Shown: piece after piece, positions 16,972 through 26,486 of the stretch
Position numbering within the stretch: the stretch's first letter is position 1
How the letters are laid out: each line of letters begins with the position of its first letter
Source of the DNA: an uncultured Clostridia bacterium
GTDB taxonomy: Bacteria; Bacillota; Clostridia; Christensenellales; Borkfalkiaceae
DNA: 64,000 nt
Assembly: GCA_944341075.1 (NCBI GenBank)
Contig: CALVLV010000004.1
Location: 3,829-67,828 of the forward strand
Reading direction: 5' to 3'
Made by a program: the position numbers and the translations under genes
The notes under the pieces: generated by a model
What the model saw: the letters and a program-made list of their open reading frames with translations, nothing else
What the model was told of the DNA's origin: nothing
Database searches by the model: none

Positions 16972-18579
16972 ATGGCTGAAAAACACGGCGGCAGGGGCCG
17001 CCTGCGCGCCCTGCGCGAATACGGCTTGAACCTTATTGTTTTAAGCATACTCACGGGCCTTTTTTCGGGCACGGTGGTAACTTTATACAACATTGTCACC
17101 TATTACGGGGAGCATCTTTCGGTAAAATTATATGCGCTGGTGCGCGATAACCCCGCGTTTGTTCCGCTGCTGTTTTCAGGGCTTGCGGCGGGCGCAATAG
17201 TTATCGGCACGTTCACGCGGCTGGTACCCATGATACGCGGCAGCGGCGTTCCGCAGACCGAGGGCGCGGCGCGCGGGCTACTGCGCTTCAAATGGTATAC
17301 GGTAATGTGCTCCATGTTCGCCGCCTCGGTGGCGTGCGTGTTCATGGGGCTGCCCGCCGGCAGCGAGGGGCCTTCCCTGCAGATAGGCGGGTGCGCGGGC
17401 GACGGCGTGGCGTCTGTCTTCAGGCGTTCGCTCATGGTGCGCAGGCTTCAGACGGCCGCGGGCGCCTCGGCAGGCCTTGCGGCGGCATTCAACGCCCCCG
17501 TCACCGGCCTTGTGTTCGCCATGGAGGAGGCCTTCCGCTCGTTTTCGGCGCAGGTGTTCACCTGCTCGGCGGTCAGCGTGCTCATATCGCTCACGGTGCG
17601 CAACCTCATGCGCACTGCCATGGGCTTTTCCACGGGCTTTACGTTCACAACGTTCACGTTTGCCGATATGCCCGCCATGGGCTATCTGTATACCGCCATA
17701 GCCGCGCTTGTTGCGGCGCTGCTGGGCGTGGCGTTCTACCATCTCATGCTGCTGTGCAGAAGGGGCTTTTCAAAGCTCACCTTTTTAAAGGGCGCGGGCA
17801 GGTATATAATACCCTTCCTTGTTGCGGGCGCATTCGGGCTGGTTTCGGCGTACTCCATGGGCGGCGGGCACGAGTTTATTCAGTCGCTCGGCTCGGGCAG
17901 CGAAGGGCTGCAGACGATATTCGGCATATCCGTTGCCGCCACGCTTGCAATAGTGGTGATATTCCGCTTTATTTCCTGCATACTCGCCGTGGGATGCGGC
18001 ATGCCGTACGGCATATTCGTGCCGCTGCTCGCCACGGGCGCGGGGCTGGGCGCACTGCTGTGCGTCGGCTTCGAAGGGCTGGGAATGGAGGCTGCCGCCG
18101 CCGACTATATAATAATCATAACCATGGCGGCGTATTTTGCCACCGTGGTGCGCGCGCCCATAACTTCGCTTGTGCTCGTGTTTGAATTTACCGGGCAGTT
18201 TGCTAACCTTCTGCCCGCCCTGCTCGGCGTGGGCATAGGTTTTATAGTCGGCGAGCTGTTCCGCACGCAGTCTGTATTTGAAAAGTGCCTCGACCTTATG
18301 GTGGAGGAGGGCAACATAAATACGGGCGCAACAAAGCGCCGCGTCACGCTTGAGGTAGAGCGGCACAGCTACGCCGCGGGCAGGGCCATCCGCTCGGTGC
18401 TGTGGCCGGCGGGCGGCATGGTAACGCAGGTGCTCCCCTCGGGCGGGCAGGCGTTCGTGCCGGACGGCAAAACGGTGCTCTCCGCGGGCGATAGAATAAC
18501 CTTTGAATGTGTGGCCGCCTCTGAAGAGGACGTGAAAAAATACCTTGCGGACATAGTCTGCGCGCCCGACGGCAAATGA
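16972..18579 (+). CDS. ClC-family chloride channel/antiporter with a C-terminal TrkA-C (RCK_C) domain
   Basis: ClC signatures GSGVPQ and GSEGPSLQIGG are present, with multiple TM segments and a C-terminal ~80-aa soluble domain. The ORF is open from 16894. ATG 16972 lies downstream of the promoter and leader. Confidence 0.8.
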   Translation: MAEKHGGRGRLRALREYGLNLIVLSILTGLFSGTVVTLYNIVTYYGEHLSVKLYALVRDNPAFVPLLFSGLAAGAIVIGTFTRLVPMIRGSGVPQTEGAARGLLRFKWYTVMCSMFAASVACVFMGLPAGSEGPSLQIGGCAGDGVASVFRRSLMVRRLQTAAGASAGLAAAFNAPVTGLVFAMEEAFRSFSAQVFTCSAVSVLISLTVRNLMRTAMGFSTGFTFTTFTFADMPAMGYLYTAIAALVAALLGVAFYHLMLLCRRGFSKLTFLKGAGRYIIPFLVAGAFGLVSAYSMGGGHEFIQSLGSGSEGLQTIFGISVAATLAIVVIFRFISCILAVGCGMPYGIFVPLLATGAGLGALLCVGFEGLGMEAAAADYIIIITMAAYFATVVRAPITSLVLVFEFTGQFANLLPALLGVGIGFIVGELFRTQSVFEKCLDLMVEEGNINTGATKRRVTLEVERHSYAAGRAIRSVLWPAGGMVTQVLPSGGQAFVPDGKTVLSAGDRITFECVAASEEDVKKYLADIVCAPDGK

Positions 18580-18850
18580 CGGGCCGCCGCGCATATATGC
18601 GTTGATCGGGGCATATATGCCGCCCTTTTGCAAGGGATGCAAGTGCTCTTAAGCGCTTTATACGGCAGTGCGTAATGTTTATCTGTCGTTCCGTGCGGAG
18701 AAATCTCATTGCGCCGTGGCGTGTTCAGCGGCCAATTTTTTTTGGTTAATTATGCATTGCGGCTTATAATTATAAGCTCAGGTTATATTCACTATTAATA
18801 ATAGCAAATGCCGCGCAGGCGCATAATTGCCTTATGGCAAATTTAACCGC

Positions 18851-18879
18851 TTGACTTAAAAGGGCGTTTTTTATATAAT
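18851..18879 (+). promoter_or_regulatory. Consensus sigma-A promoter of the glutamate-synthase cluster
   Basis: TTGACT, a 17-nt spacer, then TATAAT. A ~115-nt leader follows with three short GC hairpins. Confidence 0.75.
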
Positions 18880-18997
18880 ATCATAGAACTGTAATTTTTC
18901 CCGTTTGAGGCGTGTCGGGGCGCCGACGGCCTGAACGGGCCGCAAATTGCGGCTACTCGATCAATTTTGGCGGAGCTTCCGCCACGGAACAAAAGTT

Positions 18998-20116
18998 ATG
19001 TTTACTGATACCAACAATTTTCCCCTTGAAGGGGAGGTGCGCATACCTTCGGGCTGCGCCGTAAGCGCCATTATAGACCGCAGCGGCGGCAGAATGACGG
19101 GCGAAAAGATAATACGCTCCATCGCCACCATGCACGACAGGTCAAACGGCCTGGGCGGCGGCTTTGCAGGCTACGGCATATACCCCGACTATAAGGACTA
19201 TTACGCCTTTCACTTGTTCTTCGACGACCGCATTGCGCGCAAGGAGACGGAAGATTACCTTGCCGCCCACTTCGAGGTGGTGTATTCCTCGGAGATGAAG
19301 ACCAGAAAGGTGGCGGGCATAAAGGGCGAACCGCTTATATTCCGTTACTTTTTATACCCTCTTTCAAAGCGCCTTGCCAACTCCCTGCTCGATGAAGAGC
19401 AGTATGTGGTGCGCTGCGTAAACAGAATAAATACCGACATAAAGGGTGCCTTTGTATTTTCCAGCGGCAAAAACATGGGCATATTCAAGGGCGTGGGCTA
19501 CCCGGAAGATATAGGCAGGTTTTACCTTTTGGACGAGGAGTACGAAGGTTACATGTGGACTGCCCACGGCAGGTACCCCACAAACACCCCCGGCTGGTGG
19601 GGCGGCGCGCACCCCTTCGGGCTTTTAAGCTATTCGGTGGTGCACAACGGCGAGATCTCCTCTTACGACGCCAACAGGCGCTATATAGAGATGTTCGGCT
19701 ACAAGTGCAACCTGCAGACCGATACCGAGGTAATAACCTACATAATCGACTTTTTGCTGCGCGTTAAAAAGCTGACGCTGGAAGAGGTGGCAAAGGTGAT
19801 TTCCGCCTCGTTCTGGTCTACCATAGAGGACAAGAGCGAAGACGACAGGCGGCAGGAGACATTCCTGCGCAAGGCCTTCCCTTCGCTGCTCATAAACGGC
19901 CCGTTCTCCATAATCTTCGGGTACGAAGGCGGCATGATGGCGCTCAACGACAGGCTCAAGCTGCGCTCTATGGTGTGCGCCGAAAAGGGCGACCTTGCCT
20001 TTGTATCTTCTGAAGAGTGCGGCATAAGGGTGATCCAGCCCGAACTTGACAGCATTTTTGCGCCTGCGGGCGGGCAGCCCGTAATATATACCCTGCGGGA
20101 GGGCGCCGAAATATGA
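18998..20116 (+). CDS. Class II glutamine amidotransferase domain protein (stand-alone glutamate synthase domain 1)
   Basis: RIPSGCAVSAI (candidate nucleophile Cys), HDRSNGLGGGFAGYG, WTAHGRYPTNTPGWWGGAHPF and VVHNGEISSY. The start is uncertain: ATG 18998, ORF open from 18947, or a GTG just before RIPSGC. Confidence 0.8.
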   Translation: MFTDTNNFPLEGEVRIPSGCAVSAIIDRSGGRMTGEKIIRSIATMHDRSNGLGGGFAGYGIYPDYKDYYAFHLFFDDRIARKETEDYLAAHFEVVYSSEMKTRKVAGIKGEPLIFRYFLYPLSKRLANSLLDEEQYVVRCVNRINTDIKGAFVFSSGKNMGIFKGVGYPEDIGRFYLLDEEYEGYMWTAHGRYPTNTPGWWGGAHPFGLLSYSVVHNGEISSYDANRRYIEMFGYKCNLQTDTEVITYIIDFLLRVKKLTLEEVAKVISASFWSTIEDKSEDDRRQETFLRKAFPSLLINGPFSIIFGYEGGMMALNDRLKLRSMVCAEKGDLAFVSSEECGIRVIQPELDSIFAPAGGQPVIYTLREGAEI

Positions 20117-21618
20117 AAGATATGTTTATACCCGCCGAGTACGAGGTGGTGCGCAACCCCGACCTGTGCATAGCGTGCAGGGTATGCGAAAGGCAGTGCG
20201 CCAACGAGGTGCATAAGTTCGACAGCGACCTCGGCAAGATGATAGCCGACAGCACAAAGTGCGTAAACTGCCACAGGTGCGTATGCATGTGTCCCACGCA
20301 CGCTTTAAAGATAGTCAAGAGCGACGATACCTACAAACTCAACGGCAACTGGCCGATGAGGACTATGAACGAGGTATACAGGCAGGCCGCAACGGGCGGC
20401 GTGCTGCTCTCGTCCATGGGCAACCCCACCGAAAACCCCATATATTTCAGCAAGATACTTTTAAATGCCTCGCAGGTGACCAACCCGCCCATAGACCCGC
20501 TGCGCGAGCCCATGGAAACGGCGGTATACCTGGGCAAAAAGGACGTGGAGATAAAGAGGGACGCCCGCGGCATGCTGGTGGATAACCTTCCCCCTCAGCT
20601 CAAGCTTACCACGCCCATAATGTTCTCCGCCATGAGCTACGGCTCCATATCCTACAACGCGCACGAATCTCTCGCCCGCGCCGCGGAGGAGCTGGGCATA
20701 TACTACAACACGGGCGAAGGCGGACTGCACAGCGACTTTTATAAATACGGCAAAAACACCATAGTTCAGGTGGCATCGGGCAGGTTCGGCGTGCACGAAC
20801 AGTATTTAAAGACCGCCGCCGCCATAGAAATAAAGATGGGCCAGGGCGCCAAGCCCGGCATAGGCGGGCACCTGCCCGGAATGAAGATCTCGGACGACGT
20901 TTCAAAGACGCGCATGATCCCCAAGGGCGTAGACGCCATTTCACCCGCGCCCCATCACGACATATATTCCATAGAAGACCTCCGCCAGCTTATATACAGC
21001 CTTAAGGAGGCAACGGCATATACAAAGCCCGTAATAGTAAAGGTTGCCGCCGTTCATAACGTTGCGGCCATCGCCTCGGGCATAGCGCGCAGCGGCGCCG
21101 ATATCATCGCCATAGACGGCTACCGCGGCGGCACGGGCGCGGCTCCCACGCGCATACGCGACAACGTGGGCATTCCCATAGAGCTTGCGCTCGCCCAGGT
21201 AGATGAACGCCTCCGCCAGGAGGGCATACGCGACAACGTCTCCGTGGTGGTGGGCGGCTCTATACACTCCAGCGCAGATGTGGTAAAGGCAATAGCGCTC
21301 GGCGCCGACGCCTGCTACATAGCCACAGCGGCAGTGCTTGCACTCGGCTGCCACCTCTGCCGCAGCTGCCATTCGGGCAAGTGCAACTGGGGCATAGCAA
21401 CCCAGCGCCCCGACCTTGTAAAAAGGCTCAACCCCGACGTGGGCAAACAGCGCCTTGTAAACCTCGTCCACGCCTGGACGCACGAGATCCAGGAGATGAT
21501 GGGCGGCATGGGCATCAACTCTATAGAGGCCCTTCGCGGCAACAGGCTCATGCTCCGCGGCGTCGGCCTGAACGAGACGGAGTTGAGGATACTCGGCATC
21601 AAGCACGCCGGCGAATAA
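20113..21618 (+). CDS. Glutamate synthase FMN-binding domain protein with an N-terminal 2x[4Fe-4S] ferredoxin module
   Basis: CIACRVCERQC and CVNCHRCVCMCP, followed by the GltB domain-2 motifs GEGG, KMGQGAKPGIGGHLPG and IAIDGYRGGTGAAP. There is a 4-nt ATGA overlap with the preceding CDS. Confidence 0.9.
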   Translation: MKDMFIPAEYEVVRNPDLCIACRVCERQCANEVHKFDSDLGKMIADSTKCVNCHRCVCMCPTHALKIVKSDDTYKLNGNWPMRTMNEVYRQAATGGVLLSSMGNPTENPIYFSKILLNASQVTNPPIDPLREPMETAVYLGKKDVEIKRDARGMLVDNLPPQLKLTTPIMFSAMSYGSISYNAHESLARAAEELGIYYNTGEGGLHSDFYKYGKNTIVQVASGRFGVHEQYLKTAAAIEIKMGQGAKPGIGGHLPGMKISDDVSKTRMIPKGVDAISPAPHHDIYSIEDLRQLIYSLKEATAYTKPVIVKVAAVHNVAAIASGIARSGADIIAIDGYRGGTGAAPTRIRDNVGIPIELALAQVDERLRQEGIRDNVSVVVGGSIHSSADVVKAIALGADACYIATAAVLALGCHLCRSCHSGKCNWGIATQRPDLVKRLNPDVGKQRLVNLVHAWTHEIQEMMGGMGINSIEALRGNRLMLRGVGLNETELRILGIKHAGE

Positions 21619-21627
21619 AAAAAGTTT

Positions 21628-21669
21628 TCACAAATTTTTCGTGCGGGCCGCGCCCGAAAAATTTCGTGA
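21628..21669. repeat. H hairpin copy 3
   Basis: TCACAAATTTTTCGTGCGGGCCGCGCCCGAAAAATTTCGTGA. Begins 9 nt after the stop at 21618. Confidence 0.9.
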
Positions 21670-21815
21670 GTTTGGGAGAGCCAGCTCTCCCTTGCCACGA
21701 TTTTTTAAGGGCCCCCGATAATATAATCGGGGCAATTCCCTCTTTGGTGAGCCTGCTGACCGCAGCAAATTGGGTCTTGCGGCGGCGGGAAACCCGCCTT
21801 GCAAACGTAAATTGT
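21670..21815 (-). repeat. Composite repeat, type I short form (mirror of 12047-12196)
   Basis: G palindrome GGGAGAGCCAGCTCTCCC (21674-21691), reversed L hairpin (21692-21738), the GCGGCGGGAAACCCGCC stem, and the terminus ..GTAAATTG. Confidence 0.85.
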
Positions 21816-21827
21816 TCTATGTAATAA

Positions 21828-21865
21828 TTGTCATTTCGACCGAGCGACAGCGAGTGGAGAAATCT
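21828..21865 (+). repeat. S module copy (TTGTCATTTCGACCGAGCG..GGAGAAATCT)
   Basis: TTGTCATTTCGACCGAGCGACAGCGAGTGGAGAAATCT. The same module occurs at 26810, 35969, 40717, 49917, 54261 and in reverse elsewhere. Confidence 0.85.
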
Positions 21866-21877
21866 ATTCCGCAATAC

Positions 21878-21950
21878 AGTCTCCTCTGATAGGAGAGGTG
21901 GGTAGCACGAACTTTAGCGAGGGCTACCTGGTGGGATTTGTGCTCGCATC
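21878..21950 (+). repeat. X module copy 2
   Basis: CTCCTCTGATAGGAGAGGTGGGTAGCACGAACTTTAGCGAGGGCTACCTGGTGGGATTT. It is nearly identical to the reverse complement of 59120-59175. Confidence 0.8.
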
Positions 21951-22080
21951 TCCAAATTTTTTGCGCCGTGTTTTCATTGTTGCAAAAATACAAACGGTTA
22001 CGGCTTATTGCCGCGTAAATTGCAATCAAACCCTCGTTAGAGAGCCGAGGGGAAAAATATAATCATAAGGATTTTTAACT

Positions 22081-23361
22081 ATGCTTACAAGTATCTGTGG
22101 TATCAACTGGGGCGACGAAGGCAAGGGCAGAATGGTTGACCTGCTTTCGCGCGATTTCGACATAGTCTGCCGCTATCAGGGCGGCAACAACGCCGGGCAC
22201 ACCGTAATCAACGAAAGGGGTAAGTTTATTTTAAATCTGCTCCCTTCGGGCATCCTGCGCGAAGAGGTGGTAAACATTCTCGGCTGCGGCATGGTCATCG
22301 ACCTCAAGCACCTGTGCGGCGAAATTGAAAAGCTGCGCAGCGCAGGCATAAAGATCACGCCCGAAAATCTGAAGATAAGCGACAAGGCTGTAATCACCAT
22401 GCCCTACAACGTGCTGCAGGACGTTATGGAAGAAGACAGGCTTTCAAAGGCGACGGGCAAGCCCTACGGTTCTACGCGCCGCGGCATTGCGCCCGTATAT
22501 GCCGATAAGTACATGAAAAAGGCCTTCCGCATGGGCGAACTTTTAAACACCAAGCTCATGTTCAGGCGTCTGCCCGATATAGTCGCATGGAAAAACCTCA
22601 CCGTCACCGCATACGGCTACGACCCCGTAAAGGTGGAGGACATGGAGGACTATTTCCGCACCTACGGCGAACCTTTAAAGGAATTTATAACAGATACGGG
22701 CGTATACCTCAACGAGGCGCACAAGGCGGGCAAAAAGATAATGTTCGAAGCCCAGCTGGGTGCCCTGCGCGATATCGACTACGGCATCGTTCCCTATACT
22801 TCAAGCTCCTCTACCATAGCCGCTTACGCGCCCATAGGCGCGGGCGTGCCCAACTTAAAGCTGGATAAGTCCATAGGCATAATGAAGGCTTATTCAAGCT
22901 GCGTGGGCGCCGGCCCCTTCACATGCGAATACTTCGGCGAGCAGGCCGAAAGGCTGCGCGAACTGGGCGGAGAATATGGCGCCGCTACGGGCAGGCCCCG
23001 CAGGGTGGGCCCCTTCGACGTAGTTGCCTCGCGCTACGGCATACGCTGCCAGGGAGCGGACGAGATAGCGCTCACCAAGCTGGACGTGCTCGACGACTAT
23101 GAAGAGATAGAGATCTGCACGCACTACGAGCTGGACGGCAAAAGGCTGGACGAGTTCCCCTTCACCGATGTGCTCGACTACTGCAAGCCCGTGTTTGAAA
23201 AGGTCAAGGGCTGGCACTGCGACATAAGCAAGTGCAGAAAGCCCGAAGACCTTCCCAAAGAGGCGCTCGACTACATAAAACTGCTTGAAAAGCTGTGCGA
23301 TTGCCGCATACGCTATGTTTCGGTGGGCGCCGAACGCGAAGCGTGCATAAAGATGTATTGA
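22081..23361 (+). CDS. purA: Adenylosuccinate synthetase
   Basis: NWGDEGKGRMVDLL, YQGGNNAGHTV and TGRPRRVGPFD are present, and 426 aa fits. Confidence 0.95.
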   Translation: MLTSICGINWGDEGKGRMVDLLSRDFDIVCRYQGGNNAGHTVINERGKFILNLLPSGILREEVVNILGCGMVIDLKHLCGEIEKLRSAGIKITPENLKISDKAVITMPYNVLQDVMEEDRLSKATGKPYGSTRRGIAPVYADKYMKKAFRMGELLNTKLMFRRLPDIVAWKNLTVTAYGYDPVKVEDMEDYFRTYGEPLKEFITDTGVYLNEAHKAGKKIMFEAQLGALRDIDYGIVPYTSSSSTIAAYAPIGAGVPNLKLDKSIGIMKAYSSCVGAGPFTCEYFGEQAERLRELGGEYGAATGRPRRVGPFDVVASRYGIRCQGADEIALTKLDVLDDYEEIEICTHYELDGKRLDEFPFTDVLDYCKPVFEKVKGWHCDISKCRKPEDLPKEALDYIKLLEKLCDCRIRYVSVGAEREACIKMY

Positions 23362-23442
23362 TAAATCAGCGCGGCACTTATGCGCCGCGCTGAGCGTAAT
23401 AACTTTGGCGCGTGCGCCGCGGCGGCGCGCAAGGACTTTTTA

Positions 23443-23886
23443 ATGAAAAGGATCTATGTCAACGAAGAATGGTGCCTCGGCTGCCACCTGTGCGAATACG
23501 AGTGCATGTATGCCAACTCCGGGCTGGACGCAATGTTCAAGCTCAAGGGCAGGCTGGGCGAGTTTATCCCCCGCATAAAGGTGGAGGGAGAGGACGGCGC
23601 CGATGTACATTTTGCCGTCAACTGCCGCCAGTGCTCAGACCCCGTATGCGTTAAAAGCTGCATAGCGGGCGCCCTTTCAAAGGACGAAGGCGGCATTGTG
23701 CGCATAGATAAAAACAAGTGCGTGGGCTGCTATACCTGCGTGCTCGTCTGCCCCTACGGCGCAATAATGCCCGCGCCCGACGGCAAGGCCGCGCAAAAGT
23801 GCGCCCTGTGCACGGATAATATGATGGGCGAGCCCAACTGCGTAAAAAACTGCCCCAACAACGCCATCGTCTTTGAAGAGAGGTGA
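23443..23886 (+). CDS. 4Fe-4S dicluster (ferredoxin-like) protein
   Basis: CLGCHLCEYEC, CRQCSDPVCVKSC, CVGCYTCVLVCP and CALCTD..CVKNCP cysteine clusters. AAGGA lies 7 nt upstream of ATG 23443. The ORF is open from 23380. Confidence 0.85.
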   Translation: MKRIYVNEEWCLGCHLCEYECMYANSGLDAMFKLKGRLGEFIPRIKVEGEDGADVHFAVNCRQCSDPVCVKSCIAGALSKDEGGIVRIDKNKCVGCYTCVLVCPYGAIMPAPDGKAAQKCALCTDNMMGEPNCVKNCPNNAIVFEER

Positions 23887-23896
23887 AAATATATGT

Positions 23897-23938
23897 TCAC
23901 AATTTTTTCGGTCGGGCCGCGGCCGAAAAAATTCGTGA
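23897..23938. repeat. H hairpin copy 4
   Basis: TCACAATTTTTTCGGTCGGGCCGCGGCCGAAAAAATTCGTGA. Begins 10 nt after the stop at 23886. Confidence 0.9.
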
Positions 23939-24084
23939 GTTTAAGAAACCAAGTTTCTCTTCGCGCGACCTCTAAGTGCCCACGATTGTATAGTCGCGCG
24001 AATTCACTTCCGGTGAGCCCGCTTGCGCGGCAAATTGTGTCGCGCTGGCGCAGGGGAACCCTGCTTGCGCACATAATTTATTTG
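23939..24084 (-). repeat. Composite repeat, type I without the core insert
   Basis: M2 AAGAAACCAAGTTTCTC is followed directly by the reversed L hairpin (23960-24004). Next come GC stems GCGCGGCAAATTGTGTCGCGC and GCGCAGGGGAACCCTGCTTGCGC, then the terminus ACATAATTTATTTG. Compared with 5764-6086, the 122-nt core is absent exactly at the M2/L junction. Confidence 0.85.
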
Positions 24085-24096
24085 AAAAATCTATTC

Positions 24097-24173
24097 CTTA
24101 ATCGTGCCTCCCTTAATAAGGGAGGTGCCTTAAGTGAATAAAATGAAGTTAAGGCGGTGGGATTTAAATCCCC
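24097..24173 (+). repeat. X module copy 3
   Basis: TTAATCGTGCCTCCCTTAATAAGGGAGGTGCCTTAAGTGAATAAAATGAAGTTAAGGCGGTGGGATTT. Confidence 0.8.
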
Positions 24174-24175
24174 CT

Positions 24176-24360
24176 TTGTCATTTCCCCCTTAGTAAGGGG
24201 GACTTGACCGCGTCTTTGGCGCCCTTGTGTAAAGACGAACAAGCCATTTCATAGCACAGCGGACACCCGCTGTTCGTGTGCCGTGGAGACACCTTGCTTG
24301 AAACGTTATTTATTTGAGAATAGTGGCTGCGGGGGGGGTGCGGTAAATTGCCGCCGCGCG
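24176..24360. repeat. Further repeat modules (S-like stub, M5 hairpin, terminus, M3 fragment)
   Basis: TGTCATTTC plus CCCCCTTAGTAAGGGGG. Then GACGAACAAGCCATTTCATAGCACAGCGGACACCCGCTGTTCGTG, which matches the reverse complement of 54715-54760. Then a second ..GTTATTTATTTG terminus and GTGCGGTAAATTGCCGCCGCGC, which resembles the M3 stem of 5784-5812. Confidence 0.7.
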
Positions 24361-24383
24361 CAACTAAATAAAGGTAACAGACC

Positions 24384-25616
24384 ATGAAATACGTGATAAT
24401 AGGCAATTCAATAGCCGCCACCGCTTGCATAGAGGGCATACGCTGTGCAGATAAAAAGGGTGAAATAACGGTAATTTCGGCAGAAGACCACCCGGTATAC
24501 GGTAGGCCGCTCATATCATATTGCCTGCTCGGCAGGGTAAAGCGGGAGAACATGAACTACCGCCCCGCAGACTTTTACCAAAAGAACGGCGTAAATGTGC
24601 TGTACGGCGTGCGCGCCGAAAAGATAGACGCCGCCGCAAAGACAGTTTTTCTGGGCAGCGGCGAAAAGGTGCCCTACGACAGGTTGCTCGTGGCAACTGG
24701 TTCCAGGCCGTTCGTGCCGCCCATGCAGGGGCTTGAAGGCGTAAAGGACTGTTTTTCGTTCATGACCATGGACGACATGCTCGCCCTCGAAGGCGCGCTT
24801 TCGCCCGAAAAGAATGTGCTGGTGATAGGCGCGGGCCTGATCGGGCTCAAGTGCGTTGAGGGAATACTTGCAAGGGTAAAGTCTGTCACCGTGGTAGACA
24901 TGGCGGACAGGATATTGCCCTCTATACTCGATAAGGAGGGCGCCGCCCTCGTTCAGCGCGGGCTGGAGGCAAAGGGCGTAAAGTTCGTGCTTGCAGACAG
25001 CGCCGCCCGCTTTGAAGGCAACACTGCCTATCTTAAAAACAGCGGCGCGGCAATAAATTTCGATATTCTGGTAGTGGCGGTGGGCGTGCGCGCCAACACC
25101 GAACTCGTCAAGGAGGCGGGCGGCGAAGTAAACCGCGGAATAGTGGTGGATAAGGGCATGCATACCACGCTTGCAGACGTGTATGCCGCGGGCGACTGCG
25201 CAGAGGGGTACGATAGCTCCATAGGCGCCAACCGCGTGCTGGCACTGCTGCCCAACGCATATTTCCAGGGATATACCGCCGGCGTGAACATGGCGGGCGG
25301 CATGGCCGTCCACGACGACGCCATACCCATGAACGCCATAGGCTTTTTTGAAACGCATGTGCTTACGGCGGGGACGTATGAGGGCGAAGTCATCGCCGAA
25401 ATAACCCCCGATAAATACAAAAAATTATTTATAAAGGACGGCAGGCTGGCAGGATTTATTCTTATAAACGACTTTTTGCGCGCGGGGATATACACCTCGC
25501 TCGTCAGGGAAAAGACCCCGCTTGAAGAGGTCGATCTTGAACTGCTTGAACACTGCCCGCAGCTGCTTGCATTCGGCAAGGACGCGCGCAAACACAAGCT
25601 TGCGCGAAGGGTGTAA
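24384..25616 (+). CDS. FAD/NAD(P)-dependent pyridine nucleotide-disulfide family oxidoreductase (likely electron-input subunit of the split glutamate synthase)
   Basis: MKYVIIGNSIAATACIEGIR (FAD fold), VLVIGAGLIGLKCVE (NAD fold) and VYAAGDCAE. The role in glutamate synthase is inferred from gene context. Confidence 0.8.
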   Translation: MKYVIIGNSIAATACIEGIRCADKKGEITVISAEDHPVYGRPLISYCLLGRVKRENMNYRPADFYQKNGVNVLYGVRAEKIDAAAKTVFLGSGEKVPYDRLLVATGSRPFVPPMQGLEGVKDCFSFMTMDDMLALEGALSPEKNVLVIGAGLIGLKCVEGILARVKSVTVVDMADRILPSILDKEGAALVQRGLEAKGVKFVLADSAARFEGNTAYLKNSGAAINFDILVVAVGVRANTELVKEAGGEVNRGIVVDKGMHTTLADVYAAGDCAEGYDSSIGANRVLALLPNAYFQGYTAGVNMAGGMAVHDDAIPMNAIGFFETHVLTAGTYEGEVIAEITPDKYKKLFIKDGRLAGFILINDFLRAGIYTSLVREKTPLEEVDLELLEHCPQLLAFGKDARKHKLARRV

Positions 25617-25708
25617 GTTTGTTGTTGCATAAGGGGCAGACTTTTCCCCTTACCTTACAAAATTTTACGGCGATACCTGCCCGCAGAATTTTGTGAAAGG
25701 AGTTTTAT

Positions 25709-26437
25709 ATGGAAATAAAGGTAGACGAAAACGTCCACTTTCAGGCGCTCAACCGCATTGTGCGCGAAAGTAAGGATGCCGATATAACCCTGAACGGGGT
25801 GGTGGGCCAGCGCTATATAGCCGACGGGCTTTCGGGCAAGCGCATAGTAATAAACGGCGTGCCCGGCAACGCGCTGGGAGCGTATATGAACGGCTGCGAG
25901 GTGATAGTGCACGGCAACGTGCAGGAGGCCACGGGCGACACAATGAACAGCGGCAAAATAGTCGTCTACGGCAACGCAGGCGACGCCACGGGGTACGCCA
26001 TGCGCGGCGGAAGAATATATATCCGCGACAACACAGGCTACCGCGCGGGCATCCACATGAAGGCGTATATGGACTTCAAGCCCGCAATCGTGATAGGCGG
26101 CAGGGCGGGGTCATTCCTCGGCGAATACCAGGCGGGCGGCACGATCGTCGTGCTCGGCCAGAACAAGGACGGGCTGCCCATAATAAACAACTTCTGCGGC
26201 ACGGGCATGCACGGCGGAACTATATATCTCCGCTGCAACAAGATCCCCCGCTCGCTGCCCGCACAGGTGGCTGCCGAAGGCAAATGGGGCGCAGATATGC
26301 CCGAATTATGCGAGCTGGTGCGCGACTGGTGCAACTTCTTCCCCGAATACAATGCCGACGAATTGCTTGGGCATAACTTCTTTGTGCTTACCCCCAACAG
26401 CGCCAATCCGTATAAGCAGATGTATACGAATAACTGA
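25709..26437 (+). CDS. GXGXG-motif protein (stand-alone glutamate synthase domain 3)
   Basis: Repeated beta-helix motifs GQRYIADGLSG, VHGNVQEATGDTMNSGKIVVYGNAGDATGYAMRGGRIYIRDNTGYRAG. GAAAGGAG lies upstream of the ATG. Confidence 0.9.
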   Translation: MEIKVDENVHFQALNRIVRESKDADITLNGVVGQRYIADGLSGKRIVINGVPGNALGAYMNGCEVIVHGNVQEATGDTMNSGKIVVYGNAGDATGYAMRGGRIYIRDNTGYRAGIHMKAYMDFKPAIVIGGRAGSFLGEYQAGGTIVVLGQNKDGLPIINNFCGTGMHGGTIYLRCNKIPRSLPAQVAAEGKWGADMPELCELVRDWCNFFPEYNADELLGHNFFVLTPNSANPYKQMYTNN

Positions 26438-26444
26438 AAGAGGT

Positions 26445-26486
26445 TCACGAAATTTTACGCCTGGCCGAGTCGTAAAATTTCCGTGA
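26445..26486. repeat. H hairpin copy 5
   Basis: TCACGAAATTTTACGCCTGGCCGAGTCGTAAAATTTCCGTGA. Begins 7 nt after the stop at 26437. Confidence 0.9.

Noticed and set aside
21962-22080. Purine riboswitch or a clear promoter upstream of purA
   Set aside because: There is no match to the guanine/adenine aptamer consensus. A TATAAT at ~22066 has no acceptable -35 at 16-18 nt.
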